From: Nitriliruptoraceae bacterium
Lineage (GTDB): Bacteria; Actinomycetota; Nitriliruptoria; Nitriliruptorales; Nitriliruptoraceae
Length of the DNA: 64,000 nucleotides
Reading direction: 5' to 3'
Assembly: GCA_041685735.1 (NCBI GenBank)
Contig: JAWLFE010000007.1
Coordinates: 1,397-65,396 of the forward strand
In this document: in pieces, positions 10,801-17,648 of the stretch
Numbering within the stretch: the first letter of the stretch is position 1
Layout of the letters: the number at the start of each line of letters is the position of its first letter
Notes under the pieces: generated by a model
Database searches by the model: none
What the model saw: the letters and a program-made list of their open reading frames with translations, nothing else
Told to the model about the DNA's origin: nothing
Translations under genes and position numbers: made by a program

Positions 10801-10902
10801 CGGCGCCAGGTCCAGGTCGCCGTCGTTGGCGATCGTGACCTCGAACTCGGCGTCCTCCCCGGGGGCGACGGCCGTGAGCTTCGGCGTGAGCGACAACTTC
10901 AC
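1813..10902 (-). CDS. Giant (about 3029 aa) single-pass membrane protein. It has two cytoplasmic Ig-like modules, one TM helix, a very long external array of carboxypeptidase-regulatory-like/Ig-like beta-sandwich repeats and an acidic C-terminal tail. Third of three CisA-like paralogues
   Basis: The listed ORF runs 1813..11319, but its first 139 codons overlap the upstream gene and are Arg/Ser/Pro-rich. A GTG at 10902 has GGAG 7 nt upstream and starts VKLSLTPKLTAVAPGEDAEFEVTIANDG. TM helix is LFLKVVAFVMVLALWASAVVAITT. Repeats are of the type G.V.G.V...G.P..GA.V......T.TD..G.F.F..L.PG.Y.V......GF. Paired Cys residues suggest an extracytoplasmic location. Confidence 0.85.
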   Translation of the reverse strand: MKLSLTPKLTAVAPGEDAEFEVTIANDGDLDLAPTLTISGFDPQQITLPDELVVLDPGQVATAVVRIRVPLEANAGERRIGFTVTDPDGSHRQAAVTATMQVGDRPDVAVEVTPPTSRGRRSAKLQTILHNRSSDPIHVRLDGAGEGIEVSFYVDEITLDPGQDLPVPTRVERTRRSWFREIRHGALISVRSDGAPVTAAASFTQQPVLSPLFLKVVAFVMVLALWASAVVAITTHMNADDIPLAKFLVAPDFGDDQRDRIGARGVGFETDAIVQGTVDGPADPEGTSVVIERVAFGDAGTTDPQNGDGQTRLAALTSVRLPLGQVIDRIETTTDDRGTFRFADGLIAPAFYRVTATRPGFEVASRVVTTSEEEPEVDVELLLDPAAGSMSGSVTTTGGSPIGGADITITDGDLIYSATSATEGNVGSWSVSGIATPQTYEVIVRQRGFATATLSVDLDGGQQLTGVDAQLEGGLGTIRGRVTHRGEGVGGVRVALEGNPTERETTTLTEGELAGTFDFPALTFGTYQLTFSAPGWLTQTAEVVVDRGDVRVDVSDLRPSTAVVQGVVTQEVAPGGGCRYPDPEFPEQRSGAVLAPCGGVGVTLVGEDTTLRTTSATGDGSFQLSGVPGGEYLVRFERFGYVSQFYEVATEPGDILTLPGDAAAAPPPDDPDADAASLAQVADEDTIQMRLTAAVPDDAGRIQAVIRDAADPSEPFDPPAGTVITVDGQPDAVTETLAEGAFLISGLRAGAATVRIDAPGYDMRTEVVRVSAQDVSDAGIIDITALGSLALRITGGQSAVVGDAEVFVVPDPFVYEPDGRTPPRVEELDEDVSACTRSFELDGQDWTLDGLCASTDAVGDVEFTRSFGTGNFVLVTPTNQEDRADDTRFRATTVPLDHERLVRRVDIDSGSTTRLDPNLRRYAIVQGNVRAPSSIDEGLDAIDVERSDITFERVDEDGNVLPLPEGAPTPRLSGNDDQGSTLARGQYRIDRIPADVGETQFEWRLVISTNVGTFTRGPGQPEGFESIAGLQFNDTRTINAILQPNPEEVTFELRYRSANEVEADTPVPGALLRVRGTSVFEQLEQAPFFRPTSTTCPGSGCAVLGDFDFGWRDEDGNLVGDPRVVRSTVFTGDLTTQPEDDLWLASDGATPTGDFTIPPFFRPGPIRYEIYAPGFEPVELPPDDEASFELETPEEDADGNRPLIIEEVEMTALPRNVSGTITLDPAIADANIPAFMQDLDVTANADIFTGLSVTLDGVGVTPQEVTPGSDGSFSFPDPVTPGAFELSIEGDFDQAAYTDDFNRIVDRTVSITVPPAADPDFTIAAPDTQVDRTGVVRGQVLGRDAAGNSTGPRSGVEVTLQRAPFPIFAAPQFADIATLTTCDVPTDTTGGPGCSDGLVTFVEVDLGEFTSSFFGDLPAYLHRLRVEQAGFLTATSTNLELLGGTDGGTVGYRLVDPLVVDAYGEVTGSVNGIINYNDDADPLDVATGEVTVTLIDAVRDANGDPIVIEPDGQPVVAEPGGAPGEFVFPSTFEVPPRDGPLTGQECVPDGFGGLTCTAVAAVGDRYELLFESLDHESLITDQELTFGLNTETDVGTSTLQAEPASVAGLVSGPNGEVMYGPGGTEITVSIDRTQDAGFTPLTTTTTDPGDGTDAGSYAIADLVPGEYELTFFHDVNADDRRFASESQIITLAPGEARQLDVALSFEPATVSGTVSTRDFDGGAASPQDGVKVILTSPDGVPLETTTAGGGTYSFSDVEPDETETYTIEFSLDGYVTESHGALILLPNADATVNRTLTAEEVDVEVSLSSAVTTISPTDLDGVDVVATYDGPETPPGPGPVTAATSGGIATFSLAPGAWEFTVPDAATLDFPVRPHLDPGAEALTVPLNDGATLTATITLEPYFGASGTVVDGSDNLLDGVQVSVSDPDGVLVDGPVLIDPETTVAGGAWQVWLPNDVPTQGNREVLINFVLDGFADGEVEIDKNTYTGGSIDEAFTVELFGEPRDVVLTLTSVVGAAELVGLQIEADRDGTPNRTVSVVEIVDGDAVARFVGDDALAPGGWTLSSLDGGTLTLPHVDFAGVALNVPAGSDAFEPADPIAAFAEINGTVLSGADDLPLGGAEVAVTQGANGVTTTAVDGTWQVGAPELVATDLAWSATDHEPADRNVDGSLVTGARTEDVTLTPTDRDVVVSVTSSDGGGPLDGVTVTATRGTEPDTETVDGITGSTGEATLTLTPDTWTLTTSEATVLDPPHVDETGQSLTVSSGSGQVAETLTLTRYAQVSGTVQVSDYAGATGNDPPADATVTITQGGDPVSRPTVDTTDGTWSAFIPPGVDTTITVDAGEYDPDTIVQVDGYTGDNALGTTTLIATPITVEVTASDTDGATITEFEVTTTWDGTEPAPPSDPVYTTSGSTTSSGPVVLALAPGTWDIQADQPDLDSSTAFGVETETLGVGDPTRTVDISLDQNSVLWGRVVEYRGSEAVYLEGVRVQADREGESFWTRSTTAEEDGTNYRLRARSGTWRITATRDGETALVDDAFEIHKDSPESPRNELEIVLPTTTVDVSGQVVGESGAGVEGASITAVSGVGTVTATTDDEGRYTLAGLDNRQTWAVTFAPPPGYDAQPVTRYIALSGDTTVELALNQTLPTALGQIDLSITGGEPGQNVAVSLSEQTPFPTLNADGRIDRAVQLGGDGTAVIEFEDLVPGDGNSLPQNRFTLDIVPDGQDAIVRGNLDVAPGGTTLVEVDLGGIGVLTKEVELTLTSDGEPVTDADVRLSKDPLMLGPPVSPPDSNVYTFSSVEPGTWEVLADGYEDTSIEVPADDAESFSTTVSLTALPSEDDEEGLEANTQKGDPEDLDGQEADGQDADGAEGGTDGEGGTDGKGGTDSEGGTDGGSGTDGEGGSDNEDSPDPGSAGGDDVDSVDSTSDATDGDPADGTTGDTSEGPITDGTSDGTSDGTQDGQVDGSESSGSSSDGDDPDSSASSQGSFSGSDAGEEVEEDQAEDLDGDASDDGPEDAEPDESEPDDEPS
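2197..2304 (-). repeat. Six tandem 18-bp in-frame repeats encoding (GGTDGE)-like units within the acidic tail of the giant protein
   Basis: Plus-strand units gccaccctcNccgtcNgt begin at 2197, 2215, 2233, 2251, 2269 and 2287. Translation: GGTDGEGGTDGKGGTDSEGGTDGGSGTDGEGGSD. Confidence 0.8.
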
Positions 10903-10948
10903 GGGCGGACTCCACGAGGGCTGGTCGGACGCTTGAGGTATCGGCAGG

Positions 10949-13426
10949 TCACAGCTCGACCTCGAGGTCGACGGTCTCGCCGGCACGCAGGAACAGGGTC
11001 TGGGAGGTGACGACCGGTCCCCCGGCGGGCACCTGGAACTCGACGATGTAGCTCTGGGGGGCATCCAACCCGACGATGTCGAAGGTCCCACCGGGCGCGG
11101 TGACGGTCTGGGCAGCGACCTCGTTGGGGTACCCATCGAGGGTGTAGACCACGACCCCGACGCCGGCCTCGGGCACACCGTCACGGACCACCTGGCCGGA
11201 GATACCGGCCTGGGCCTCCAACTCGATCGTCTCGAGCTCGAGTTCCTGCCCCGCCTGCAGATCGACGAGCAGCGTCTGGGGCCGTGAACCCGCCCGGGCG
11301 TAGGTGATGGTGTAGGCACCCGGCGGCAGGTCGTCGAACCGGTAGGCGCCCGGCGGCTGATCGCTGCTGCGGGTCACCCGTTCGACCGACGCGCTCTCCA
11401 GGGTGATGTCGACTCCACCGATCGGGCTGCCGGACGGATCGACCACGATCCCGCGGACCGACGCGTTGGCCGAGGCCAGCACCGCGTTGACGTCCGTGCG
11501 GTTGGCCTGCGCCCCGTCCTGCAGTTCGACCGACAGGGCCTGGGTCGCACGTCCCTCCTGGCTGAAGGTGACGGTGTAGGTGCCCGGGACCGGCAGGCCG
11601 GTGGCCAGCCAGCTGCCCACATCCCCCTCGCTGATCGACACCGTGGTGAACTCCTCCTCGGCGCCGTCGATGATGATGTCGACCCCGCCGAGCGGGGTGC
11701 CGTCGGGTGCCGTGACCCGGCCCGACAGGCTGCCGTTGTCGGAAGTCATCACCACGGAGACGTCATCGACCTGCTGCTGTTCGTCGAGGTTGAGCGTGAC
11801 AGACTCCGGGAAGAAGCCCTCCCGCGTGACCGACAGCGTGTAGGTCCCCGGGGTCGGCAGGCCACGCAGTTCGAAGATCCCGGTGTCATCCGCGCCGCTG
11901 AGGGTCCGCGTGACGAAGTCGGACGACCCGTCCGTGGCGGCGATATCGACGTTGGGCAGCGGGTTCCCTGCGGTATCGACCACCGATCCGGCGATCCGGC
12001 CGTCGCCGGTGCGCAGCAGGACCTCGATGCCGTCGCGCTGTTCGCCGGGTCGCAGGCTGACGGTCCGACGCTCGGTGGCGAACCCCTCCTTGGCGATGAG
12101 GATCTCGTAGGTCGAGGGCGTGGCGAGGTCGGTGAGGACGAACTCGCCGGTCGCATCGACCTCGAGCGAGGTGACGATGGCGGGGGTCGGCTCCAACTCG
12201 GAGCCCTCGATCGATCCGCCCGGGATCTCGGCGGCGACGACCGCACCCTCGACGTCCGCACCGATGACGCGTCCACTGACCGATCCCGGGCGCCCGGCCA
12301 GGGCGATGTCGAGGTCGATCAGGTCCGTATCGGGACCCAGTTCGATGACGTCCCCGTCGTTGAACGTCTCCCCGTCGGGGAACCAGACCTCGTCGAACCC
12401 GGCCACCTCGACGCGCAGGTAGTACTCGCCCTCGTCGAGGGTCCCGAACCGGTAGGCGCCGGTCGAGCCGGTCACGGTCGCGTGCGTCGGGACCACGGGG
12501 TTGGAGGTGTCGAACAGTTGCACGGCGGCACCGTCGATGGGGCCCCCGGTGGTCGAGCTGACCTGCCCGCTGACGCTGGACGGGGCGGCGCGGGGGCCGA
12601 TCGGGCGGTCCTCGCCGAGGCCCTGCTTGAGCAGTTGCTCGTTGGCTGCGGTCCGGTCGGCGACGTTGCCGAAGCTCAGCATGATGACGAACGCGAACAG
12701 CGTTGCGACGAAGAGCAAACCGAGCAGCGAGAGCACCGTGCGGCTGATCCGTGGCTTCTGGATCAGGACGAGCGGGACCATGACCGATGCCGCGCCACCG
12801 GTCGCCGTGATGGTCATCGGTCGGACGACCGGCATGCCGAACCAGGGACGCTTCCCGAGCGCCAGGACGTCCACCAGGGCCTGTTCGCCGGGCAGGATCT
12901 CGGTGGCCGGGGGCTCGAAGGTGACCTCGACCTTGCGCTCAGGTTCGTCGGCCACGAGCTTCGGCGTGAGCGTCGTGTTGCCGGTGTTGGCGATGTCGAG
13001 GACGAACCCCCCGGCTTTCCCGACGGTCTGCGAGTTCGGCTCTGCGGTCATCTGCAGACCGTCGCGGGCGGCCACCACCAGGTCGAAGCCGACCATCACG
13101 GTCGCGCCGTCCGCGAGGCCGGGTTCGCTGACCTCGATGGCCACCCGGCGGCGACCGGAGGGGAAGGTGTCCGGGAGCGCCAGCGACACGGTGACGGCCC
13201 GCCGCTCGCCCGGGAACAGGTCCAGGGACGTGTGGTCGACCGACACCCACTGCGCATCGAGGCCGAGGACCTCGACGGTGAAGGACCGGATCACCTCGTC
13301 GACGTTGGTGACCTCGACGGGGACCGTGGCGGCCTCGCCCAGACCGACGTGGACCTCGGGCGTACCGACATCGGCGCGGACCCGGTCGTCCCCACCGCTG
13401 ACCCGTCGTCCGGGCATCCCGGTCAC
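10949..13426 (-). CDS. Single-pass membrane protein (825 aa) with two cytoplasmic Ig-like modules, one TM helix and about 6 carboxypeptidase-regulatory-like repeats. Second CisA-like paralogue
   Basis: The GTG start overlaps the upstream stop (GTGA at 13423-13426); an alternative ATG lies at 13417. Motifs: VGLGEAATVPVEVTNVD, GGFVLDIANTGNTTL, GKRPWFG, QKPRISRTVLSLLGLLFVATLFAFVIMLSFG (TM). These are followed by repeats such as VSGQVSSTTGGPIDGAAVQLF...TGSTGAYRFGTLDEGEYYLRVEVAGF. Confidence 0.85.
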   Translation of the reverse strand: MTGMPGRRVSGGDDRVRADVGTPEVHVGLGEAATVPVEVTNVDEVIRSFTVEVLGLDAQWVSVDHTSLDLFPGERRAVTVSLALPDTFPSGRRRVAIEVSEPGLADGATVMVGFDLVVAARDGLQMTAEPNSQTVGKAGGFVLDIANTGNTTLTPKLVADEPERKVEVTFEPPATEILPGEQALVDVLALGKRPWFGMPVVRPMTITATGGAASVMVPLVLIQKPRISRTVLSLLGLLFVATLFAFVIMLSFGNVADRTAANEQLLKQGLGEDRPIGPRAAPSSVSGQVSSTTGGPIDGAAVQLFDTSNPVVPTHATVTGSTGAYRFGTLDEGEYYLRVEVAGFDEVWFPDGETFNDGDVIELGPDTDLIDLDIALAGRPGSVSGRVIGADVEGAVVAAEIPGGSIEGSELEPTPAIVTSLEVDATGEFVLTDLATPSTYEILIAKEGFATERRTVSLRPGEQRDGIEVLLRTGDGRIAGSVVDTAGNPLPNVDIAATDGSSDFVTRTLSGADDTGIFELRGLPTPGTYTLSVTREGFFPESVTLNLDEQQQVDDVSVVMTSDNGSLSGRVTAPDGTPLGGVDIIIDGAEEEFTTVSISEGDVGSWLATGLPVPGTYTVTFSQEGRATQALSVELQDGAQANRTDVNAVLASANASVRGIVVDPSGSPIGGVDITLESASVERVTRSSDQPPGAYRFDDLPPGAYTITYARAGSRPQTLLVDLQAGQELELETIELEAQAGISGQVVRDGVPEAGVGVVVYTLDGYPNEVAAQTVTAPGGTFDIVGLDAPQSYIVEFQVPAGGPVVTSQTLFLRAGETVDLEVEL

Positions 13427-15630
13427 GAGGTGTCCACACGCAGGGTGACATCTACGGTCTGCGCCGGGCCGAGGGTCTCCAGCACCGTCATCGTGCTGCC
13501 GTTCTCGGTCGTCACCGTGACGGTGTAGCTCCCGGGCGCCAGGTCGCCGATGCTGAACCGTCCCTGTTGGGCCGCCGGCGCCGATGCGCTGGTCGTCTGC
13601 CGGACGGTCGATCCGTCGGAGACCTCGACCTCGGCGCCGGCGATCGGCTCGCCGGTCGCCGCATCGAGGACCTGCCCCGTGATGCGACCGACCGATGAGG
13701 TGAGCACCGCGTTCGCGGTCGCCTCCGGGGTATCGGCTCCCAGACTGACCTGGACGGTCTCGCGCGCGAAGCCATCGATATCGAAGCTGACGCTGTAGAC
13801 CCCCGGCAACGGCAGCCCCGTGAGCCGGAAGCTGCCGACCGCGCCACTGGTCAACGTGTCGGTCGACAGGGTCTGCCCACCGCCCGACACGGTGACGGTC
13901 ACGCCACCGAGGGGGCTACCGTCGGAACTCGAGGCCTGCCCGGTGATCACGCCGGTGGCATCCGACAGCACCACCGTGAGCCCGGAGACCGACTCGCCCG
14001 GACCGAGCTGCACGCCCTGGGTCTCACTGGCGAACCCGTCCAACTCGAACGTCAGGAGGTAGGTGCCCGGGGTCTCGAGGTCGTTGAAGGCGAAGGTGCC
14101 AACCTCGCCGCTGGTGGGCGTGGTCGTGCCGGCTTCCACGTCACCGTCGCGGGCGGTGACCTCCACCCCGCCGAGCGGCGTGCCGTTGCGATCGGTGACC
14201 GTTCCGGAGATCGCCCCGGCGGCAGCCGGGAGCCGGGTGGCGTTGAGCGCGACCTGTTCCCCGGCCGCGAGTTCCTGGGTGACCTCGACGGGAGCGAACC
14301 CGGCCGCGGTGTAGGTGATGCGGTAGGTGGCGGGGGCCGTGAGTCCCTCGGCACTCCAGAGACCGGCCTCGTCAGCGCTGAGCAGGATCGGGGGTTCTTC
14401 CTCCAGCAGGTCGATCGCGGTGACCTGGACATCGATGGCGGCCGGCGCCCCGTCCCCGGCCACCGCCTGCCCACCGATACCGCCGGGCAGACCGGTCAGC
14501 ACGGACGCTTCCGCCTCGGTCTCACCGGTGGCCGCGACGACCAGCTCACCTGCGGTCGCCGCCGTCGGGGCACCGGGCCACCACTGCTCCTCGAAGCCGG
14601 GGGCGCGCAGGCGCAGGCGGTAGCGCGCGGGGAGGAGGGCCGCGAGTTCGTAGCTGCCGTCGTCGTCGGTCGCGGTCGCGGTCACGAGCTGCCCGCGGGC
14701 GTCGAAGGCCTCCACGGTGACACGTTCGACGGGCTGACCGGTGCTGGCGGCGGTCACGGTGCCGGCAACCGTCCCGCCGACCGCCGCGGGATCCAGGTCC
14801 TCCAGGCCGTTGCCCTGCATGAAGGTCTCCGGGACCGACTTGGTCGGGTCCGCAGGTGCCAGGGCGGCCTGGACCCCGAACAGCATGGCCAGGGTCCACA
14901 ACAGCACGATCAGCGCGAGCGTCAGCAGGGTGATGATGCCGGCGGTCAGGCGCGGCTTCTGACGGAACCGGACCTCGGTGGTCTCCTCGAGCCCGTCCCC
15001 CTCCGCCTCGATCGTGATGGTGTGCTCGACCGGCGAGCCGACCCACGGCCGCTTGCCGTGCGCGATGAGCAGGACGTAGGCGGTCTGGTCGACCCGGAGA
15101 TCGACCTGGCGGTCGCTCAGGGACAGGTCGAGGACCCGGTTGCCATCACGCGCCTGCAGCAGCAGGTCGAGTTCGGTGTTGCCCGTGTTCTCGACGAGGA
15201 GCTCGAAGCCACCCCGTTTCCCACTGGTGCGGATCGGTGGCTCGGCACGCAGGTCGACCTGGGAGTTCCGGGGCACCTCGACGGTCAGCGAGCGCTCGGC
15301 CGGAACCGATGCGCCGGACCTTCCCGCCACGACCAGCAGACCTTCATGGGTCCCCGCCGGCAGGGTGGGGTGGAACCGGAGGTCGAGGGCCACCCGGATC
15401 GTCTCCTCCGGGAACAGCGTCAGCTCGGTCGGGGTCTGCACGATCTCCTCGGCCATCAGACCGAGCAGGCGGACGTCGATCTGTTCGATGACCGCGCTGG
15501 TGTTGTGGATCTCGAGCGTCACCGAGACGGGCTCGCCCACCGTCACCTGCACGGTGGGCGTCAGCAGCTCGACCCGCAGCTGCGGGCGCTGCAGGGCCTC
15601 TTCGAGCTCGAAGTCGCTCATGTCACTCAT
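13423..15630 (-). CDS. Single-pass membrane protein (735 aa) with two cytoplasmic Ig-like modules, one TM helix and about 5 carboxypeptidase-regulatory-like repeats. First CisA-like paralogue
   Basis: The ATG at 15630 overlaps the DUF4255 gene's stop by 8 nt. Motifs: VTVGEPVSVTLEIHNTS, GGFELLVENTGNTEL, GKRPWVG, QKPRLTAGIITLLTLALIVLLWTLAMLFGV (TM). These are followed by repeats such as VAGTVTAASTGQPVERVTVEAFD...TDDDGSYELAALLPARYRLRLRAPGF. Confidence 0.85.
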   Translation of the reverse strand: MSDMSDFELEEALQRPQLRVELLTPTVQVTVGEPVSVTLEIHNTSAVIEQIDVRLLGLMAEEIVQTPTELTLFPEETIRVALDLRFHPTLPAGTHEGLLVVAGRSGASVPAERSLTVEVPRNSQVDLRAEPPIRTSGKRGGFELLVENTGNTELDLLLQARDGNRVLDLSLSDRQVDLRVDQTAYVLLIAHGKRPWVGSPVEHTITIEAEGDGLEETTEVRFRQKPRLTAGIITLLTLALIVLLWTLAMLFGVQAALAPADPTKSVPETFMQGNGLEDLDPAAVGGTVAGTVTAASTGQPVERVTVEAFDARGQLVTATATDDDGSYELAALLPARYRLRLRAPGFEEQWWPGAPTAATAGELVVAATGETEAEASVLTGLPGGIGGQAVAGDGAPAAIDVQVTAIDLLEEEPPILLSADEAGLWSAEGLTAPATYRITYTAAGFAPVEVTQELAAGEQVALNATRLPAAAGAISGTVTDRNGTPLGGVEVTARDGDVEAGTTTPTSGEVGTFAFNDLETPGTYLLTFELDGFASETQGVQLGPGESVSGLTVVLSDATGVITGQASSSDGSPLGGVTVTVSGGGQTLSTDTLTSGAVGSFRLTGLPLPGVYSVSFDIDGFARETVQVSLGADTPEATANAVLTSSVGRITGQVLDAATGEPIAGAEVEVSDGSTVRQTTSASAPAAQQGRFSIGDLAPGSYTVTVTTENGSTMTVLETLGPAQTVDVTLRVDTS

Positions 15631-16375
15631 CGGCGGCGTTCTCGGCCCGCGCGGGGGGCTCCACGGTGACCTCGTCGTCCGGGTCGGCTTCGACCGAGTA
15701 CCGCCCGGAGTCCTGGATGATCGCCGAGCCCCTGCGACCGATCACCCGTCCGCCGGCTGCGGAGGCGTCGGTGCGTCCGAACCGACGGCGGCGGCGGGAC
15801 CGCGCCGCGGGCTCACGGGCATCGCTGGTGTACAGCTGCATCGAGGTGGGTGGATCGTTGGCCATGACCGGGACCGGCAGGCCCGTGGGGGTGTAGATCA
15901 ACATCTGGACCGCGGGCCGTGGCGGCACGGACAGGGCCGACCACAGCTGGGTCGCGGAGGTCGTCTCATCCGGCGCGAGCGAGAGGCTCGGCGCGGGCTT
16001 GGCCGCCCGCAGCGCATCGCTCAGGAACTCGACGGGGATGGCGCGGCTGGCTGCGAGCAGGTTCATGACCCGTCCCAGCAGGTCGTGTTCGACACCGGAC
16101 CCGCCACCCCACACGCTGATGAGGTAGCGCGCCTCCACGACCGGCATCACGGGCTCACGTGCCAGGCCCCCGTCCTGTTCGATCAGCTTGCTGCCCGTCG
16201 AGGCGCGATCCTTCGAGGGCGTCAACGAGTACAGGAACAGGTTGAGCAGGGGTGTCGAACGGCGCGACTCCCAATCCCGTTCCGGCGGGTCGAACGAGAT
16301 CTCCGCGACGCTCGCGGGCAGCGGCACCGCAGCACGGAGCCACTTCTCGAGGCAGCGGTCGAGTTCGTCGATCAT
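15623..16375 (-). CDS. DUF4255 (Pvc16/Afp16 N-terminal domain) protein, the likely CIS tail terminator/cap
   Basis: I trimmed the listed ORF to the ATG at 16375, which lies 2 nt after the upstream stop. The sequence MIDELDRCLEKWL...ISFDPPERDWESRRSTPLLNLFLYSLTPSKDRAS...ARYLISVWG matches the DUF4255 pattern as I know it. Confidence 0.75.
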   Translation of the reverse strand: MIDELDRCLEKWLRAAVPLPASVAEISFDPPERDWESRRSTPLLNLFLYSLTPSKDRASTGSKLIEQDGGLAREPVMPVVEARYLISVWGGGSGVEHDLLGRVMNLLAASRAIPVEFLSDALRAAKPAPSLSLAPDETTSATQLWSALSVPPRPAVQMLIYTPTGLPVPVMANDPPTSMQLYTSDAREPAARSRRRRRFGRTDASAAGGRVIGRRGSAIIQDSGRYSVEADPDDEVTVEPPARAENAADE

Positions 16376-16377
16376 CG

Positions 16378-17097
16378 TCAGAGGCCGGCGAAGATCGACA
16401 GCAGCCACAGCGTCCCGGCGATAGCGAGCGCCGCTCCGGCCAGACCGGCAGCGACCACGAACGGCCACGTCACGCTCGGGACCACGTGGGGCATCGGGAC
16501 GGGCATCGGGACCTCGACCTTGACCGGCTCGGGTTCGGGAGGAACCGGCTTGGGCAAGGTGGCCGCGCAGCGCAGGCACGAGGTGATCCCGGGGTCGTTC
16601 ATCTCACCGCAGTGCCAGCACGCCGACGCGCCCAACGCCTGACGACCGCCGGTACCCGGCAGTCGCCGGCGGGCACGGCGCTGCCCGTTGGCGCCGTCAT
16701 CCGACGGGGGTGCCGCCCAGAACACCGGGTAGTCGCACCGTGGGCAGAACCAGGCCGCCGTCGGCCGGGGCGAGGAGTCGCCGACGAGCACCAGCCCGCA
16801 TCCCGGGCACTCGACCTCCACCTCGCTGTCGGTACCGGGGACTCCGGCGCCCCTCCCGTTCGAGGGTGTCTCAGCACGGCCCGGTGGCGGGGGCGCGACC
16901 TGGGGCGTCGGCGCATCGGGCCCGTCACCGACGTTGACCGCGTCGCCGGAGCGATGGTCGTGGGTCTGGGACGCGTCGGCGGTGTCGGAGGTCTCCGCAC
17001 CCGCGACCGGCTGACCCGCCTGCTCGATGCGGTCGGCTTCGGCCTGTGATCCGGGGGTCGGCGGCAGGTTCGCTGGTGGCGCGGGCCGGTCGGTCAT
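16378..17097 (-). CDS. Tail-anchored membrane protein with two zinc-ribbon motifs
   Basis: ATGA overlap with the upstream gene. Motifs are CPGCG...CPRCDYP and CWHCG...CLRCAATLP. A Pro-rich linker leads to a C-terminal TM helix, WPFVVAAGLAGAALAIAGTLWLLSIFAGL, that ends the protein. Confidence 0.7.
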   Translation of the reverse strand: MTDRPAPPANLPPTPGSQAEADRIEQAGQPVAGAETSDTADASQTHDHRSGDAVNVGDGPDAPTPQVAPPPPGRAETPSNGRGAGVPGTDSEVEVECPGCGLVLVGDSSPRPTAAWFCPRCDYPVFWAAPPSDDGANGQRRARRRLPGTGGRQALGASACWHCGEMNDPGITSCLRCAATLPKPVPPEPEPVKVEVPMPVPMPHVVPSVTWPFVVAAGLAGAALAIAGTLWLLSIFAGL

Positions 17098-17648
17098 GCG
17101 ACGTCCTTCTGCGGGTCGGCGATGGTCAGCGACACCCCGAGGTGGGCCGGGACCTCGTCACGGACGAGGTCGGCCAGTTCATGTTCACGCAGGTGCCCCG
17201 TCGAGGACACGACGACCTCGACCACCCAGGTCGACGGATCGGGCTCCGGCGCGTCGGGTCCGACCACGGCGCCCGGGTCGGTGACGGTGACGGGCCCGTC
17301 GGTGATCGCCTCGAGCAGCATGCGCAGTCCGGCGGCGGTTCCTCGCCACGGCAGTGCACGTCCGAGGGCGGCCACGATCTGGCGTTGGTGCTCGGTCGGC
17401 AGGTGCTCATCGAGCACGTCGTACCCGAGCCAGCGCCCGAGGTAGGCCAACATGGCCGGGGTCGTGACGGTCGGGTCGGCGATGCGCTCGATCCCGTCGG
17501 CGCTCGCGCGCAGGGTCCCACCCAGCCGTTCGAAGATGGTGGTGAACCGGACGAGCAGATCGTCGTCCCGCATGCCGACGGGCAGTTGACCCACGAGCCA
17601 GCCCGGTGGGTACTCGGGTGGCGAGGAGACGCGGTCGGTCACGCTCAT
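17094..17648 (-). CDS. Phage tail protein I (P2 gpI)-like baseplate component, in the position of Afp12/Cis12
   Basis: I trimmed the listed ORF to the ATG at 17648, which forms an ATGA overlap with the baseplate J stop. The sequence LVGQLPVGMRDDDLLVRFTTIFERLGGTLRASADGIERIADPTVTTPAMLAYLGRWLG...RALPWRGTAAGL follows the gpI family pattern. Confidence 0.7.
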   Translation of the reverse strand: MSVTDRVSSPPEYPPGWLVGQLPVGMRDDDLLVRFTTIFERLGGTLRASADGIERIADPTVTTPAMLAYLGRWLGYDVLDEHLPTEHQRQIVAALGRALPWRGTAAGLRMLLEAITDGPVTVTDPGAVVGPDAPEPDPSTWVVEVVVSSTGHLREHELADLVRDEVPAHLGVSLTIADPQKDVA

